Counted from the stretch's first letter, positions 49,833-60,931 are shown. The stretch is 64,000 nt of DNA from Phormidesmis sp. (GCA_965248535.1 CBDFJR010000002.1:416001-480000); one strand, 5' to 3'. Numbers and translations: made by a program. Notes: generated by a model from the letters alone, not told the origin.

Positions 49833-52800
49833 TTAGGATGCCCGAACTTTGAGGGACTTAGCGATTAACTCAGCCGCCATCTCTAACAGCATTTGTTCAG
49901 CATAGGGCTTGGTCAAATAGGCGGTGGCTCCCAACTGCATCGCCAGTTGTTGATGTTTTTCGTTGCTGCGTGAGGTCAACATCACCACCGGAACCCGAAC
50001 AAACGTGGGATCTTGCTGGTAGCGCATCAGAAACTCAAATCCATTCAGCCGGGGCATTTCTACATCACAGGTGATTAGATGAATGTTGGGGTGTTGCTGT
50101 AACTGAGCGATCGCTTCTAACCCATCCTGGGCGTGTAGGACTCGATAGCCTGCACTCTGCAAGGTCAACGTCAGCATTTGTCGCACGGTCATAGAGTCAT
50201 CGACTACTAAGACTGTCGGCTGCACTGAGGCAGCTAACTGAGGCACCGCAACAGGCGGTAAATCAGATGTCCCTAACAGCGCTAACTCAGACGCTAAGTA
50301 GGTTGTAGCAGTTGGCTGAACCTCGTTGAAAGCGGGGGCTAGATTGCTGCTTTGCTGCACTAAGGCGACTCCATCAATCACCAGCATCAATTGTCCATCG
50401 CCCAAAATGCTGCAACCATAGATATAGCTAGGCGGCGCGATCGCCGTTCCCATGGGTTGAATGACTAACTCTTGTTCTCCTAAAATGCGATCGACCTCAA
50501 TACCGATCAATCCGGTTGGTCGTTGCAGGAGCAATATCGGAGCGGCATCTGCCGTCAGCACCGCCGCAAAGCTATTGTCAAGGGTGCTTCTAGCCGTTGA
50601 TGAAGGTGTAGTGTAATCAACCAACTGAGAGAGAGAATAAAGGGGAATCGGTTGTTCGGTGCCTGATTGATTCCAGTGCAGCACCCGTTTGCCCGCGATC
50701 GTTTCAACCTGTCCTAGTTGGGGAGCCAAAATCTTTTCAATTTCATCTGATAACAGAGCATAGACGGCCGGCCCCGCCTGACAAATCAGAAGTCGAGCAC
50801 TCATCAGCGTCAGGGGTAGCTGAAGCGAAAAGGTAGTGCCCTGGCTGAGGGTCGAACTGACGCTAACGCTGCCCTTGATTGACTCTAGCTGCGATCGGAC
50901 AACATCTAACCCAACGCCCCGCCCCGACAAATCACTGACCTGATCGGTAGTCGAAAACCCTGGCTCAAACAACAGATTTAACAGGGCTGCTTTTGAGCAC
51001 TGATCAACTTGATCGGAAGGCAATCGCTGAAGATCATAGCCGCGCTGACAAATTTTCTTCAGATCCAGTCCGCGACCGTCATCGCTCACATCAATCAGGG
51101 TGCGATTTCCCTGCTGATAAGCTCGAATCTTGATGTGTCCGGTAGTTGATTTTCCGGCTTGGTGGCGATCTTGGCTCGACTCAATGCCGTGATCAAACGC
51201 ATTGCGAATTAAATGGAGCAACACATCATAGAGTTTTTCAGCCACCGCTTTATCGACTAAAACATTAGTTCCTTCAATCTCTAGGTGAACGGTTTTTCCA
51301 TGAGTTTCGATTAGCTGCTGCAACACGCGAGTTAACCGATTTAGAACCGTCCCGATCGGAACCCTCTGCACGGTCATCAAATCATCTCGCACATTGGTGA
51401 TCAGTCGCCGTTGTTTCTTGAGACTTTGACTCGTTTCTCGCGCCAATTGCTCGATCGCTTCTGCACTCGTTTCTAGTCGCACCAGTTCTTCGAGAGCAGA
51501 GTGGGATAGCACCTGCAACTCGCTGTGACGATCGAGTTCTAAGCTGTCAAATTTTGTTTTTAGCTCATTGCTTTGGGTGATTAGATCGCCAGACTCGCCC
51601 GATCGTGGACTCTTTTCGGGCAAAATCAACAGTTGATCAGACCAATTTCTTAGCTCAGTCATGGTCTGCTGATGCTGCCTGAGTCCATTCAGCAAGTCTT
51701 GAATCATGATTTGCAGGCGCTCATCTTGCAAGGCCTGCCGATTTTGGTTAATCAACAACTCGCTGGTTGAATAGTTGAGGGCTTCTAGGTGCTCTAGATC
51801 AACTCGAATGGTTGTTGATTGCCCGATCGCGGTTTGCGTAGGTGAAGAGGGCGCGATCGGGGAAACTAGATGAGGCGGCTGAGGGTCGTTAGAGAGAGGA
51901 GCGGATATTTCTAGGTCGCTGTCTACACTGACAGCAGGCGATTGTTCCCCAAGGTTATCCCACAATTCAAACCCATCTATGTCAGCCTCAGAACTCGATA
52001 AAGGAGGGAAGTCTTGAAGCGCAAATTGACTCACCTCGGAAGGTTGATCAGCAGGCTCAAGCTGATTGGCAAGCTCCTCTAAAGCTGCGTCAATTGAGTG
52101 CATTTCCTCCAAGGCTTCTGGAGTCTCAAATCGGGTGGATTGTTGTTCTGAAACGGGCGCTGAAAGGAGGGGAAGTCCAGCCTTAGGCACTGCTAATGGG
52201 GCGCTCGGCTTCTTCCAGAGAGGACGATTGAGAAAAGCAATCAGTTGGCTCCAAGACTTTGTGAAATCAGATTTGCTCAACAGTTCTCGCGTTGCTTTAA
52301 CGTTGCGTTGATGAGCAGGAACCTGTGTAGATGAAGGTTTTGACCGTTTAGCCAACTGTTTGAGCGTGGCTGAGGCTTCACCGCCACGGGTGCGATCGCC
52401 GCCCAACACCGCAAGCTGTCCTTGCCGAAAATCTATCACCGCCGCTTCAGCGATCGCCCTAACCTGATCAGGGTTTGCCTTCAACGCTTCTAGGGTAGTC
52501 TGAGCGATCGACCCAAATCCTGGCAACCCTAGCGACTCTGCCAACCCAACAAAAACTTCGGCTTGAGTTTGCAACCCTTGAGCAATCAGCACCAAGTCCG
52601 ACTCTGCTAATGTGGTTGCCAACTGTTCTATTCGCTCCCCAACTCCTGTCTCAAAAATCGACTGAGTAATATCAAACCCCAACTCAGCCGAAGACGGAAT
52701 GCTAGCACCCGGATCAAAGTGTTTCCCTAACTTCTTCTGAAGTTGAGCAAAGAGAGTGGCGGCTCGTTCTAACACCTCGTCATCGTGACTTTCTAGCCCA

Positions 52801-53126
52801 GCCAGCACCGAGACTAAGGGCGATCGTAGACACTCATAGCTTTCAAACAGCAGCGCTTCTAACTCTGAGTCGATTTCAACCTCTGGTTTATAGAACGCTT
52901 TGAAGACATCCTCTAACGTGTGAGCCATGGTTTTGATGCTCTCAAACCCGACACTGGCTGCCCCACCTTTGAGCGTATGAGCGGCTCGCATCAAACTGTG
53001 AATTTTTGCAGGGCTGCGGTCTGCTCTCAGACTCAATAAGTCTTGTTCTATTCCTTGTAGGAGATCTTGGGCTTCTGTCAAGAAACAGGAATAGGTCTGT
53101 TCGCGAATGGTTAGGGGAGTCGCCAT
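49833..53126 (-). CDS. cheA: CheA-CheY hybrid kinase (PtxE/PixL-like)
   Basis: Hpt RAAHTLKG, LLHLIRNAFDHGIE, DDGRG, SGRGVGLDVV, CheW domain, C-terminal receiver (VVDDS, CDVEMP). Confidence 0.93.
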   Translation of the reverse strand: MATPLTIREQTYSCFLTEAQDLLQGIEQDLLSLRADRSPAKIHSLMRAAHTLKGGAASVGFESIKTMAHTLEDVFKAFYKPEVEIDSELEALLFESYECLRSPLVSVLAGLESHDDEVLERAATLFAQLQKKLGKHFDPGASIPSSAELGFDITQSIFETGVGERIEQLATTLAESDLVLIAQGLQTQAEVFVGLAESLGLPGFGSIAQTTLEALKANPDQVRAIAEAAVIDFRQGQLAVLGGDRTRGGEASATLKQLAKRSKPSSTQVPAHQRNVKATRELLSKSDFTKSWSQLIAFLNRPLWKKPSAPLAVPKAGLPLLSAPVSEQQSTRFETPEALEEMHSIDAALEELANQLEPADQPSEVSQFALQDFPPLSSSEADIDGFELWDNLGEQSPAVSVDSDLEISAPLSNDPQPPHLVSPIAPSSPTQTAIGQSTTIRVDLEHLEALNYSTSELLINQNRQALQDERLQIMIQDLLNGLRQHQQTMTELRNWSDQLLILPEKSPRSGESGDLITQSNELKTKFDSLELDRHSELQVLSHSALEELVRLETSAEAIEQLARETSQSLKKQRRLITNVRDDLMTVQRVPIGTVLNRLTRVLQQLIETHGKTVHLEIEGTNVLVDKAVAEKLYDVLLHLIRNAFDHGIESSQDRHQAGKSTTGHIKIRAYQQGNRTLIDVSDDGRGLDLKKICQRGYDLQRLPSDQVDQCSKAALLNLLFEPGFSTTDQVSDLSGRGVGLDVVRSQLESIKGSVSVSSTLSQGTTFSLQLPLTLMSARLLICQAGPAVYALLSDEIEKILAPQLGQVETIAGKRVLHWNQSGTEQPIPLYSLSQLVDYTTPSSTARSTLDNSFAAVLTADAAPILLLQRPTGLIGIEVDRILGEQELVIQPMGTAIAPPSYIYGCSILGDGQLMLVIDGVALVQQSSNLAPAFNEVQPTATTYLASELALLGTSDLPPVAVPQLAASVQPTVLVVDDSMTVRQMLTLTLQSAGYRVLHAQDGLEAIAQLQQHPNIHLITCDVEMPRLNGFEFLMRYQQDPTFVRVPVVMLTSRSNEKHQQLAMQLGATAYLTKPYAEQMLLEMAAELIAKSLKVRAS

Positions 53127-53174
53127 AGGAAATTGGGTTTTGAGGGTTGAGTTAGCTCAGGGGCACCAAATCGG

Positions 53175-53199
53175 ATGGGCACAGCAATGCCATGCCCAT
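53175..53199. repeat. REP-like palindrome between the MCP and cheA genes
   Basis: ATGGGCACAGCAATGCCATGCCCAT imperfect hairpin of the GGGCACGGCA..GCCGTGCCC type. Confidence 0.5.
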
Positions 53200-53265
53200 A
53201 CTAGGTTAGACAACTTTGGGTCTTCGGTTAATTCCTGATCCTAAGAGTCTGGAAGAACCCGATCG

Positions 53266-56200
53266 CTAGTTGACTTTGAACTGTTCTACGCTGGTTTGCA
53301 GTTGTTGCGCTGTCACCATTAACTCTTGGAACGATGTAGAAATTTGATTGGATTGGGCAGAGTTTTTGTTGGCGAGAGTTGCCACATCGGTCATGGCTTG
53401 CGTGACTAGGTGAGATTGCTGCGTCTGCGCCAGAGTTGCCTGGGTGATGCCTTGAACAAGCTGACTGATCTTAGCAGTTGCGTCCACAATTTCATTCAAC
53501 TGCTGTCGGGTGTCGTTGACTAAGTTGGTGCCCCCGACCACTTGTTGAATGCCAACATCCATGGCAGTCGAAACCGCACTGGTCTCACTTTGAATATCCT
53601 GAACTAGTTTCTCAATTTCTCTGGTTGCATCCGCCGATTGACGAGCCAGCGATCGCACTTCGTCAGCCACGACACTAAATCCGCGCCCATAGTCTCCGGC
53701 ACGAGTGGCTTCGATCGACGCATTCAGTGCCAGCAGTTGCGTTTGAGTGGTGAAATTGCCAATCAGACTGACCACTTTTGAGATCTTTTGGGATGATTCA
53801 CTCAATCGTTTAATCTTTTTACTCGTTTCTGCCACCGTTTCGCGAATGGCTAGAATGCTCTCTACAGTCCGGTTCATGGCAGCATCTCCAGCCCGCACCG
53901 TTTGGTTGGCTTGCTGAACGGCCAGTTCTACCTGTTGGGCGTTGTTGGCAACAGCTTGCGTCGAACTCACCATGCCCTGAATCTGATCGAGCGCTCGTGT
54001 GACTTCATGAAGCTGTTCTTCGGCTTGTTGAGAGAGTTTGCCGATCGCTGCTCCACTGTTGCGCGAGGTCTGAGACATTTTGCCTGCAACCGACTGCACC
54101 TGCGACACGATTTTGCGGAGACTCTGAATCGTGTTGTTATAGGCATCAGCGATCGTGCCCACTTCATCTTCAGTAATTGGAACGCGAACCGTCAAATCTC
54201 CAGAAAAAACAGGCTGAACCGCCGCCAAGAGTTGAATCACTCGCTGTTGCAGTTGTTCCTTTGCCGCTTTTTCGCGGGCCGCCGCACTGGTCAATTGCGC
54301 TGACTGATCGCGCAGTTGCTCTAGAGATTTGACCTGCTCCAGTGCTACGCCTATCTGTCCTGCAAGCTGATTGAGCAGCGTCACGTCTGCGTCTTCCCAA
54401 TATCGCGGCCCAGAGTTTTGGTAGACCGCGAGAATTCCCCATAGCTGCTGCCCGACAAAAACGGGAACGAGCACATAGGCTCTGGCTTGAAATTGCTCTA
54501 AAAGCTCAACGTGACAGGGGTCATGCCCTGCGGTATAAATGTCATTGATTGCCAGACTTTCTTTGTTGCGATAGCGCCCTCCCTGGGACTCTGCCAGATT
54601 GGTGTCTCTAATCCCCGTTCCGGTCTCAGTTCCAACCAGTCTTATCCAGCCGCTGGCCACCGATTCTGAAATAAAATCACCGCTCCAGTCGAGGTTAAAC
54701 CGATAGAGTGCTACCCGATCGACCTTGAGCAGTTGGCGAATCTCTAGGGTTGTCACCTTAAAGATGGCGTTGATATCGATGAACATAGAGTTAATGTCGA
54801 TCGACTGCCGGGTTAGGTCGATCGATTGCCGAAGTCGCTCACTGACTTTAACAATAATTTTTTCTCGCTCGGCTTGTTGTTGAGTTTGGGCAACGAGTTC
54901 GACTTGCTGAAGCCCGATGCCGATCTGAAGCCCGATTTGCTTGATCAATTCTGCTTCTGACTCTTCCCAGCGCCGCGGCCCTGAGTTTTGATAACACGCC
55001 AGCAAACCCCACACCTTTTGCCCCTGAAAAATCGGCACCGTTAGGTAAGATCTGGCCTGAAATTTTTGCAGAATATCCAGATAGCAGGATGAGAAGTCCA
55101 TTTTATAGATGTCATCGGCCTGCGAAACTCGTAACCCCTTGGTATATTTTCCGCCGCCCGTGTCTTGTAGATAGGTGTCTGTGAGAGAGCCGTTGCCTGC
55201 AATTAGACCTGCGATCGTGCAATTTGAATCGCTCATCGCATTGCTTTTCAGATCCGGCTCTGTTACTTGTCTTTGAAGTAACGACACCCAACCCTCAGCA
55301 ACAGATTCGGCAATAAACTCTCCGCTCCAGTCTGGGTTGAAGCGATAGACCGCTACTCGATCGGCTTTGGTCAATTGGCGAACATCTTCAGTCGTGGCTC
55401 CGAGAATAGAGGCAACATTTGGAGCTTTACGGATGGTGTCCAGAATTCGATTCACATATTTGTGGCGCTCTGCCTGCTCTCGCAATCGACTCATTAACTC
55501 GGCTTGTTGAATGGGAAGGCCCAGTTGAGCACCCATCTGAGCTAACAGGTTGACATCGGCGGTTTCCCAGTGGCGCGGCGCAGAGTTTTGATAAGCTCCG
55601 AGCAACCCCCAAAGTTTCTCTCCCGTAAATACGGGAACAATCACATAGGCTTTGACCTCGAATTGCTCTAGCACTTCAACGTGGCATTGATAATGACCTG
55701 CGGTATGAATATCGTCGATCGCTAGGGTTTCGTTCTTCCGATAGCGTCCGCCCTGAGTTTCTTGCAGGTGCGTGTCTTTCCAGACTGTCTTGATGTCCGT
55801 TCCGACTAATTTTGTCCACCCCGCAGCAGCGGATTCGGACACAAACTCCCCACTCCAGTCGTCGTTAAAGCGATAAACCGCGACCCGATCGGCTTTGAGA
55901 AATTGGCGCACTTCTTGCGTTGCCGTTCTCAGAATGGTGGAAGTGTCGGTCGAGTGTCGAATCTGATCGGCAATGTTAGAGATAATGCGCTTTCGCTCTT
56001 CTACAAGCTTTGCGGTTTTGAGGGATTCAGCCAACTGCAAAGCCGATCCAAATTGTCCTCCAATCTGAGCTAGAAAACTGACTTCTGCTGACTGCCACTG
56101 GCGAGTCCCAGAGTTTTGATAGGCAGCGAACAAGCCCCACAGTTTGCGACCGATAAACACGGGCACCACTATATAGGCTTTGGCTTCAAACTGCTCCAAC

Positions 56201-57414
56201 AGTTCAATGTGGCAAGGCGAATGACTAGCGGCGTAGATGTCATTGACGACAAAGGTTTCGTTATTGCGATAGCGCCCTCCCTGGGTTTCTTGCAGGTGGG
56301 TGTCTTCCCAACAAGTTTTGATGTCAGATCCGACTAGGCGAGTCCACCCTGTGGTCACCGATTCGGCTACAAAATTTCCGCTCCAGTCATCGTTAAATCT
56401 GAACAGCGCCACGCGATCGACTTTGAGCAGTTGCCTGACTTCTTGAGTTGCCGTCTTAAAAATGGTCTCAATGTCGATCGCTTGTCGGATGCGATCGATG
56501 ACTTTAACCACGGCTTTTTCTAAATCTGACTGTTGTTGTAGCTTCAGATCAAAGTCAGTTTTCTGTAAATTGACGGCCAGTTCTAATGAAAATTGATAGA
56601 GCGATGTAATCTCTGCTTCCTGCCATTGGCGGGCTTTAGAGCACTGCTGCACCACCAATAGTCCCCACAGTTGTCCTGCCACTAAGATCGGGAGGCTCAG
56701 ACTGGCTTTAACCTGAAGGTTTTCTAATAGCTGCCGTTGATAAGGAGACACGTCTGTGCGATTGGTGTCTTCGATCGTGACCACTTGTTGGGTTAGATAG
56801 TCATCAAGGCGATCGCGCCCAAAGCAGGTAGAGGACAAGATCTCTCCTAAAGCCGGAGTCCAGCCGCGCTTTAATGATTCTGCAATCACCTTGCCAGTCG
56901 TTTCTGAGCTAGATTGATAAATCAGCACTCGATCTGCGTGCAGAGTGTTGCGGATTGATTTCACGGCTATTGTCAGCAGCGCCTCTAAGGTTTCTGCTTG
57001 GCGCATTTGCTCAGAGATCTTCCACAGGTGCCCTCGCTGATAGCGCAGATATCGGGCGGTCAGAGAATCGTCTTGTTCAGAGTGTTTTGGGGGTGTGGCG
57101 GCATATTCTGCCACCTGGCGAAAGAGATTTTGAACGTGGGATTTTTCTAGCAACCCTGCCCGCTTTAGCTCTGACTTTAAACCCGTTAATGCTGAGATAA
57201 TCGGCTGCATTTCTCGATTTGTCTCAGGCATCTCGTCTCTGGAGTTTACGTAGTCAGGGGTGGGAAGTGCCGATTCACTGGTTGGGGCAGATTCAGAGTG
57301 AGGGTGATCAGACTTGCCGCTGCCGTTGTTGTTGCCGTTGCCGTTGGGTTGCGGAGTTGACAACAGCATTGAAAAGTCTTCAAGGGTCGGCTCAGGTTGA
57401 TGAAAGGGTGCCAT
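53266..57414 (-). CDS. Cyanobacteriochrome methyl-accepting taxis receptor with five GAF domains (PtxD/PixJ-like)
   Basis: Five repeats of the DRV..YRF..DWSG..VAESV..GW type; [14 protein letters not shown] and CH motifs; HAMP-like segment; MCP core [34 protein letters not shown]. Confidence 0.93.
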   Translation of the reverse strand: MAPFHQPEPTLEDFSMLLSTPQPNGNGNNNGSGKSDHPHSESAPTSESALPTPDYVNSRDEMPETNREMQPIISALTGLKSELKRAGLLEKSHVQNLFRQVAEYAATPPKHSEQDDSLTARYLRYQRGHLWKISEQMRQAETLEALLTIAVKSIRNTLHADRVLIYQSSSETTGKVIAESLKRGWTPALGEILSSTCFGRDRLDDYLTQQVVTIEDTNRTDVSPYQRQLLENLQVKASLSLPILVAGQLWGLLVVQQCSKARQWQEAEITSLYQFSLELAVNLQKTDFDLKLQQQSDLEKAVVKVIDRIRQAIDIETIFKTATQEVRQLLKVDRVALFRFNDDWSGNFVAESVTTGWTRLVGSDIKTCWEDTHLQETQGGRYRNNETFVVNDIYAASHSPCHIELLEQFEAKAYIVVPVFIGRKLWGLFAAYQNSGTRQWQSAEVSFLAQIGGQFGSALQLAESLKTAKLVEERKRIISNIADQIRHSTDTSTILRTATQEVRQFLKADRVAVYRFNDDWSGEFVSESAAAGWTKLVGTDIKTVWKDTHLQETQGGRYRKNETLAIDDIHTAGHYQCHVEVLEQFEVKAYVIVPVFTGEKLWGLLGAYQNSAPRHWETADVNLLAQMGAQLGLPIQQAELMSRLREQAERHKYVNRILDTIRKAPNVASILGATTEDVRQLTKADRVAVYRFNPDWSGEFIAESVAEGWVSLLQRQVTEPDLKSNAMSDSNCTIAGLIAGNGSLTDTYLQDTGGGKYTKGLRVSQADDIYKMDFSSCYLDILQKFQARSYLTVPIFQGQKVWGLLACYQNSGPRRWEESEAELIKQIGLQIGIGLQQVELVAQTQQQAEREKIIVKVSERLRQSIDLTRQSIDINSMFIDINAIFKVTTLEIRQLLKVDRVALYRFNLDWSGDFISESVASGWIRLVGTETGTGIRDTNLAESQGGRYRNKESLAINDIYTAGHDPCHVELLEQFQARAYVLVPVFVGQQLWGILAVYQNSGPRYWEDADVTLLNQLAGQIGVALEQVKSLEQLRDQSAQLTSAAAREKAAKEQLQQRVIQLLAAVQPVFSGDLTVRVPITEDEVGTIADAYNNTIQSLRKIVSQVQSVAGKMSQTSRNSGAAIGKLSQQAEEQLHEVTRALDQIQGMVSSTQAVANNAQQVELAVQQANQTVRAGDAAMNRTVESILAIRETVAETSKKIKRLSESSQKISKVVSLIGNFTTQTQLLALNASIEATRAGDYGRGFSVVADEVRSLARQSADATREIEKLVQDIQSETSAVSTAMDVGIQQVVGGTNLVNDTRQQLNEIVDATAKISQLVQGITQATLAQTQQSHLVTQAMTDVATLANKNSAQSNQISTSFQELMVTAQQLQTSVEQFKVN

Positions 57415-57459
57415 AGAAATCTTCTCAGTTAGGGGTAGATAAAGGGGTTTTGAGTGCAA

Positions 57460-58047
57460 TTATTCGTGGATGTGCAGTTGAGGATCTTGGAGAATGGCGG
57501 CGACATCTAAGACGGTGCTGCGATCGCTCGTCAGGTATCCCTTCATAAAACGAGACAAATTAGCCGAAAACAAGTCTCGCGACGGCGGATGAAGATGCTG
57601 GGGCGCGTGTTCTTCGAGGTCATAGACTTCAGGAACAGCCAGCCCTAAAAGCCGCCCTTGAGACTGAACTACGATCGCCACAAATGAGGGGAGTGGCTGG
57701 TCGAGTTCAGACGGGTGAGTGACCCCGATTTGCTTGGCTAAGTCGGTTAACCAGAGCACTTCTCCGCGCCAGTTATAGAGTCCCAAAACGCAAGCTGGCA
57801 TATGGGGAACTGGCAAAACATCAGTTGCCTCGACGGTTAGCACGGCCGTCACTTCATCGACTGCCAGCAGCGCGACGCTATTGAGACAAAGCTGAAATCG
57901 TAAGAACTTTTGCCCCTTGTCTGGCGTGTCTGCTTGAACAAAGAGCGACTCTAGGCTGGAAAGCTGACTTTGATAGAGTTCCAGACGGGTGCTCTGGGTG
58001 GGGCTGTGTCCAGCGTGATCGGATGATTGAACCATCGATCGCTCCAT
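57460..58047 (-). CDS. cheW: CheW adaptor (PtxC/PixI-like)
   Basis: FLRFQL, PVPHMPACVLGLYNWRGEVLWLTDL. Confidence 0.9.
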   Translation of the reverse strand: MERSMVQSSDHAGHSPTQSTRLELYQSQLSSLESLFVQADTPDKGQKFLRFQLCLNSVALLAVDEVTAVLTVEATDVLPVPHMPACVLGLYNWRGEVLWLTDLAKQIGVTHPSELDQPLPSFVAIVVQSQGRLLGLAVPEVYDLEEHAPQHLHPPSRDLFSANLSRFMKGYLTSDRSTVLDVAAILQDPQLHIHE

Positions 58048-58409
58048 TAGTTGATCAATTGACGAATCGTGTTCAAAAAAATGGTCGGATCAACTGGCTT
58101 AGGAAGGTAGGCATTAGCCCCCAACAAGTTGCCCCACATCTTATCCACATCGGTGTCTTTGGTTGAGCACATCACCACGGGGATCTGACTAGTTTTAGGA
58201 TCGGCCTTTAGCTCTCGACATAGCTCAAACCCGCTCTGTCCGGGCAAAATCACATCCAGCACAATCAGATCCGGCGTTTGGCTCGTCAATTTGATTTGGG
58301 CTTCTTCAACACTTTTAGCACTGATCACTGACAGCCCTGCTTGTCGCAAATAGCTGGTCAACAGTTGCATCTCGGTCACACTATCTTCAACTACCAAAAC
58401 AGTACTCAT
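58047..58409 (-). CDS. Single-domain response regulator (PtxB/PixH-like CheY)
   Basis: VLVVEDS, LIVLDVILPGQSGFELCR, YLPKP. Confidence 0.92.
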   Translation of the reverse strand: MSTVLVVEDSVTEMQLLTSYLRQAGLSVISAKSVEEAQIKLTSQTPDLIVLDVILPGQSGFELCRELKADPKTSQIPVVMCSTKDTDVDKMWGNLLGANAYLPKPVDPTIFLNTIRQLIN

Positions 58410-58450
58410 GCCTTTTCCTCTAGGGGGACTTTCTGATATCAGGAAATGTT

Positions 58451-59650
58451 CTATTTTTGAATGGTTAGGTATTTCTGCACGATCGCTAATACTTTTTCTG
58501 CATCGACTGGCTTAGACAGAAAACCAGAAGAGCCGACCATCTTTGCCCGGACTCGATCTATGATTCCGTCATTGCTCGTCAAAATCACGATCGGGATGGT
58601 TTTAAATTGTGAGACTCTGCGGATCTGAGCACAGATCTCATAGCCATTGGCAACGGGCATCACCAGATCTAGAAAAATCACGCTGGGTTTTTGCTCAATC
58701 AAGGTGGGCAAGGCCTGAATAGAGTCCTGAATGCCGATAAATCGATAGCCTGCGTCGATCAGAATGCGCTCCATGACCTGACATTCTCTAGGGCTGTCAT
58801 CAATGCAGGCAACTAAAGGAGTGTCGATGTCCGCAGGTTTGGGAGGAACAGAAACCCCTCTAGAGGTGGGAATACCAGGGGTTGGCGGCTCGGAAGATGG
58901 TAGCGTTGATTGAGCAGTGGAGGCGATCGCAAAGTCAGGAGTCTTGTTGAGAGCGACCAAGCCTTTTCGGTAGAGCGGCACTAGCACTCGGCTAATTTGC
59001 AGCAGATCTTGCTTGGTCAGCACGGCCAAATCTCGTAGGGTGCGCTTGCCGTCTACTAGCGACACCAGCATTTTATAAACCTTCTCAGAGGTGTGCTGCT
59101 GCAACTGTTCGAGGTTGCGGAGTGACGGAGCCAAGTTTGGTGAATGGTCTGCTAACCCCAGAGCGCGCCAAGCATTCCAAGTTTGTTGAATCTCGCTCAA
59201 CAGTTGCTCTGCGTTGACTAGGGCTAGAGAGTTATCGAGCAAGTCTGCTGAGTCAAACTGAAACGAGACAGGTCGGGTTTCTTCTTGCTGAATAATGTCA
59301 AACAGCACCTCTGAAACTGTGCTGCGGATGACCGCAACGGCTTGTTCTGCGGTAATTTGCTGTCGCTTGACTAGGGCTGATAGCGTGTGAAAATCTCGAC
59401 ACTGCAATTCGTCGATCGCTCTCACCGAGATCGAATTGGGATTGACTTGAGGACAGTGCTGCGTCAAATAGCGATGCCAGCGTCTTGTGGGATGCGGCCC
59501 GCCCCCTGCCCAAGTCAAACGCCCTACATAGAGATAGAGACTCCACTGCTGACTACTGGTTTTGACATCTAGCCGCCCCGTGAAGTGCATTCGACTGCGG
59601 ACACCCAACAAACCACTCGGCGTATCGGTAGATGAATCATCAACTAACAT
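58451..59650 (-). CDS. PatA-family response regulator (PATAN + receiver; PtxA/PixG-like)
   Basis: FTGRL..WSLYLYVGRL.WA.GG.HP.RRW PATAN domain; VACIDDS, IFLDLVMP, FLSKP. Confidence 0.92.
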   Translation of the reverse strand: MLVDDSSTDTPSGLLGVRSRMHFTGRLDVKTSSQQWSLYLYVGRLTWAGGGPHPTRRWHRYLTQHCPQVNPNSISVRAIDELQCRDFHTLSALVKRQQITAEQAVAVIRSTVSEVLFDIIQQEETRPVSFQFDSADLLDNSLALVNAEQLLSEIQQTWNAWRALGLADHSPNLAPSLRNLEQLQQHTSEKVYKMLVSLVDGKRTLRDLAVLTKQDLLQISRVLVPLYRKGLVALNKTPDFAIASTAQSTLPSSEPPTPGIPTSRGVSVPPKPADIDTPLVACIDDSPRECQVMERILIDAGYRFIGIQDSIQALPTLIEQKPSVIFLDLVMPVANGYEICAQIRRVSQFKTIPIVILTSNDGIIDRVRAKMVGSSGFLSKPVDAEKVLAIVQKYLTIQK

Positions 59651-59866
59651 GCTGACTTCCCCTCTTTCAAATCTTTCAGACCGTCAAGGGACGATCGGAG
59701 ATAGATTTGAGACAATTTGGCTAATGAGTCGAGTCTATGTCTTGCCAGGGGCGGTCGTGATTCAGGAAAATACGGAAGCTCAAAGGACAGGATTGGTTAC
59801 CTGGGCAGATTTACTTACGAGATCCCCACATTCGCTGAGAAAGGTCTTTAGACCAAAGGTGCCTTT

Positions 59867-59977
59867 GTGAGGTCTTGGTGAGAGAGGTTTCTCTGAAACT
59901 CCGATCGCGGACTGAGTGGGCGGGTGATTCTGCTCATTTCCTCACCGAGACCCTCTCCCCAAAGACCCTCTCCCCAA
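59867..59977 (-). other. Long imperfect inverted repeat with an internal 15-bp tandem duplication, upstream of the taxis operon
   Basis: GAGGTCTTGGTGAGAGAGGTTTCTC (~59869-93) is complementary to GAGACCCTCTCCCCAAAGACCCTC (59947-70); AGACCCTCTCCCCAA occurs twice (59948-59977). Confidence 0.5.
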
Positions 59978-60109
59978 AAATACTGGGTTCTTCAACGCTC
60001 GTGATCCCCGTCATGGGTTCTGGAGCGGAATTCTCTAAAACGATCGGGACAGAAAGGGTCTAGCTTTGTAAAATCTTTACAACCCTCTCAGTAGGTTGTC
60101 TTCAATTCG

Positions 60110-60406
60110 CTATCTAACCTCATATTCAGGCAGAGGATGATTAATTTTGCGGGGTTCTGACGGGTCACGTCGTTGTGGGCGCAGCGATCGCGGCTTCGAG
60201 GTTTCGACTCGGCTCGGCTCTACGGGTGACGGAGGCGATGCAGCTAGGGCAAAAACGCGCCTTCCGTTCAAAATATTGTAGAGATCTTGCCCGACACAGA
60301 CTAGACCTGTTGACTGTAGCTCTACAATACGCTCGTCTCGCTTTTGTCGAGCTTGGGCTGCGTCATCCCAGTCTGTCTCCAAAAATACTTCTTGAATAGA
60401 ACTCAT
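60110..60406 (-). CDS. Hypothetical protein
   Basis: 98-aa ORF with ATG, divergent from rbp; Pro/Arg-rich tail. Confidence 0.55.
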   Translation of the reverse strand: MSSIQEVFLETDWDDAAQARQKRDERIVELQSTGLVCVGQDLYNILNGRRVFALAASPPSPVEPSRVETSKPRSLRPQRRDPSEPRKINHPLPEYEVR

Positions 60407-60558
60407 CGAAATTCACAACTCTCTTTTGCTGTCTTGCCCTATAGCGTAGCGCTTCTTCTTGACCGTGGGGGCGTTATGATTTGAAAAAGCAGCGAGTCTT
60501 GATCATTTGGCGTGATCGCTACCCCAAATCCTGTGTTAGGCTAACGTCAGGAATTATT

Positions 60559-60630
60559 TTCGGCTGTGTAATTCGTGTTCATCAGCGTTTCTCCGAATCT
60601 AACTCTCCACACTTTCTTGGATTCTGGAGA
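60559..60630 (+). promoter_or_regulatory. Conserved rbp 5'-UTR boxes / RBS-sequestering hairpin
   Basis: TTCGGCTG, TCTCCGAA (60590-97) and GATTCTGGAGA (60620-30); the last two are complementary apart from one bulge. Confidence 0.65.
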
Positions 60631-60637
60631 CAATTTC

Positions 60638-60931
60638 ATGTCAATTTACGTGGGCAATCTCTCTTATGAGGTCAAGCAAGAAGACCTAACTGAGATCTTT
60701 GCTGAATACGGAACAGTTAAGCGGGTACAACTACCCACCGATCGCGAAACGGGTCGGATGCGCGGGTTTGGGTTTGTCGAAATGGGCACTGATGCAGAAG
60801 AAGATGCCGCGATCGCAGCATTAGACGGTGCAGAGTGGATGGGTCGTGATCTAAAAGTCAACAAAGCTAAACCTCGCGAAGATCGCGGGCCGTCGGGCGG
60901 TGGCGGTGGTCGCCCCCCCAGACGCTATTAA
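60638..60931 (+). CDS. rbp: RRM RNA-binding protein with Gly-rich tail (Rbp family)
   Basis: RNP2 IYVGNL, RNP1 RGFGFVEM, LDGAEWMGRDLKVNKAKPRE. Confidence 0.96.
   Translation: MSIYVGNLSYEVKQEDLTEIFAEYGTVKRVQLPTDRETGRMRGFGFVEMGTDAEEDAAIAALDGAEWMGRDLKVNKAKPREDRGPSGGGGGRPPRRY

Noticed and set aside
54170..56600. Internal nucleotide repeats in the MCP gene as a DGR template/variable pair
   Set aside because: Explained by tandem GAF domain duplication; no reverse transcriptase and no evident adenine-specific mismatch pattern.
60066..60082. NtcA site
   Set aside because: Spacing is GTA-N7-TAC, not GTA-N8-TAC.
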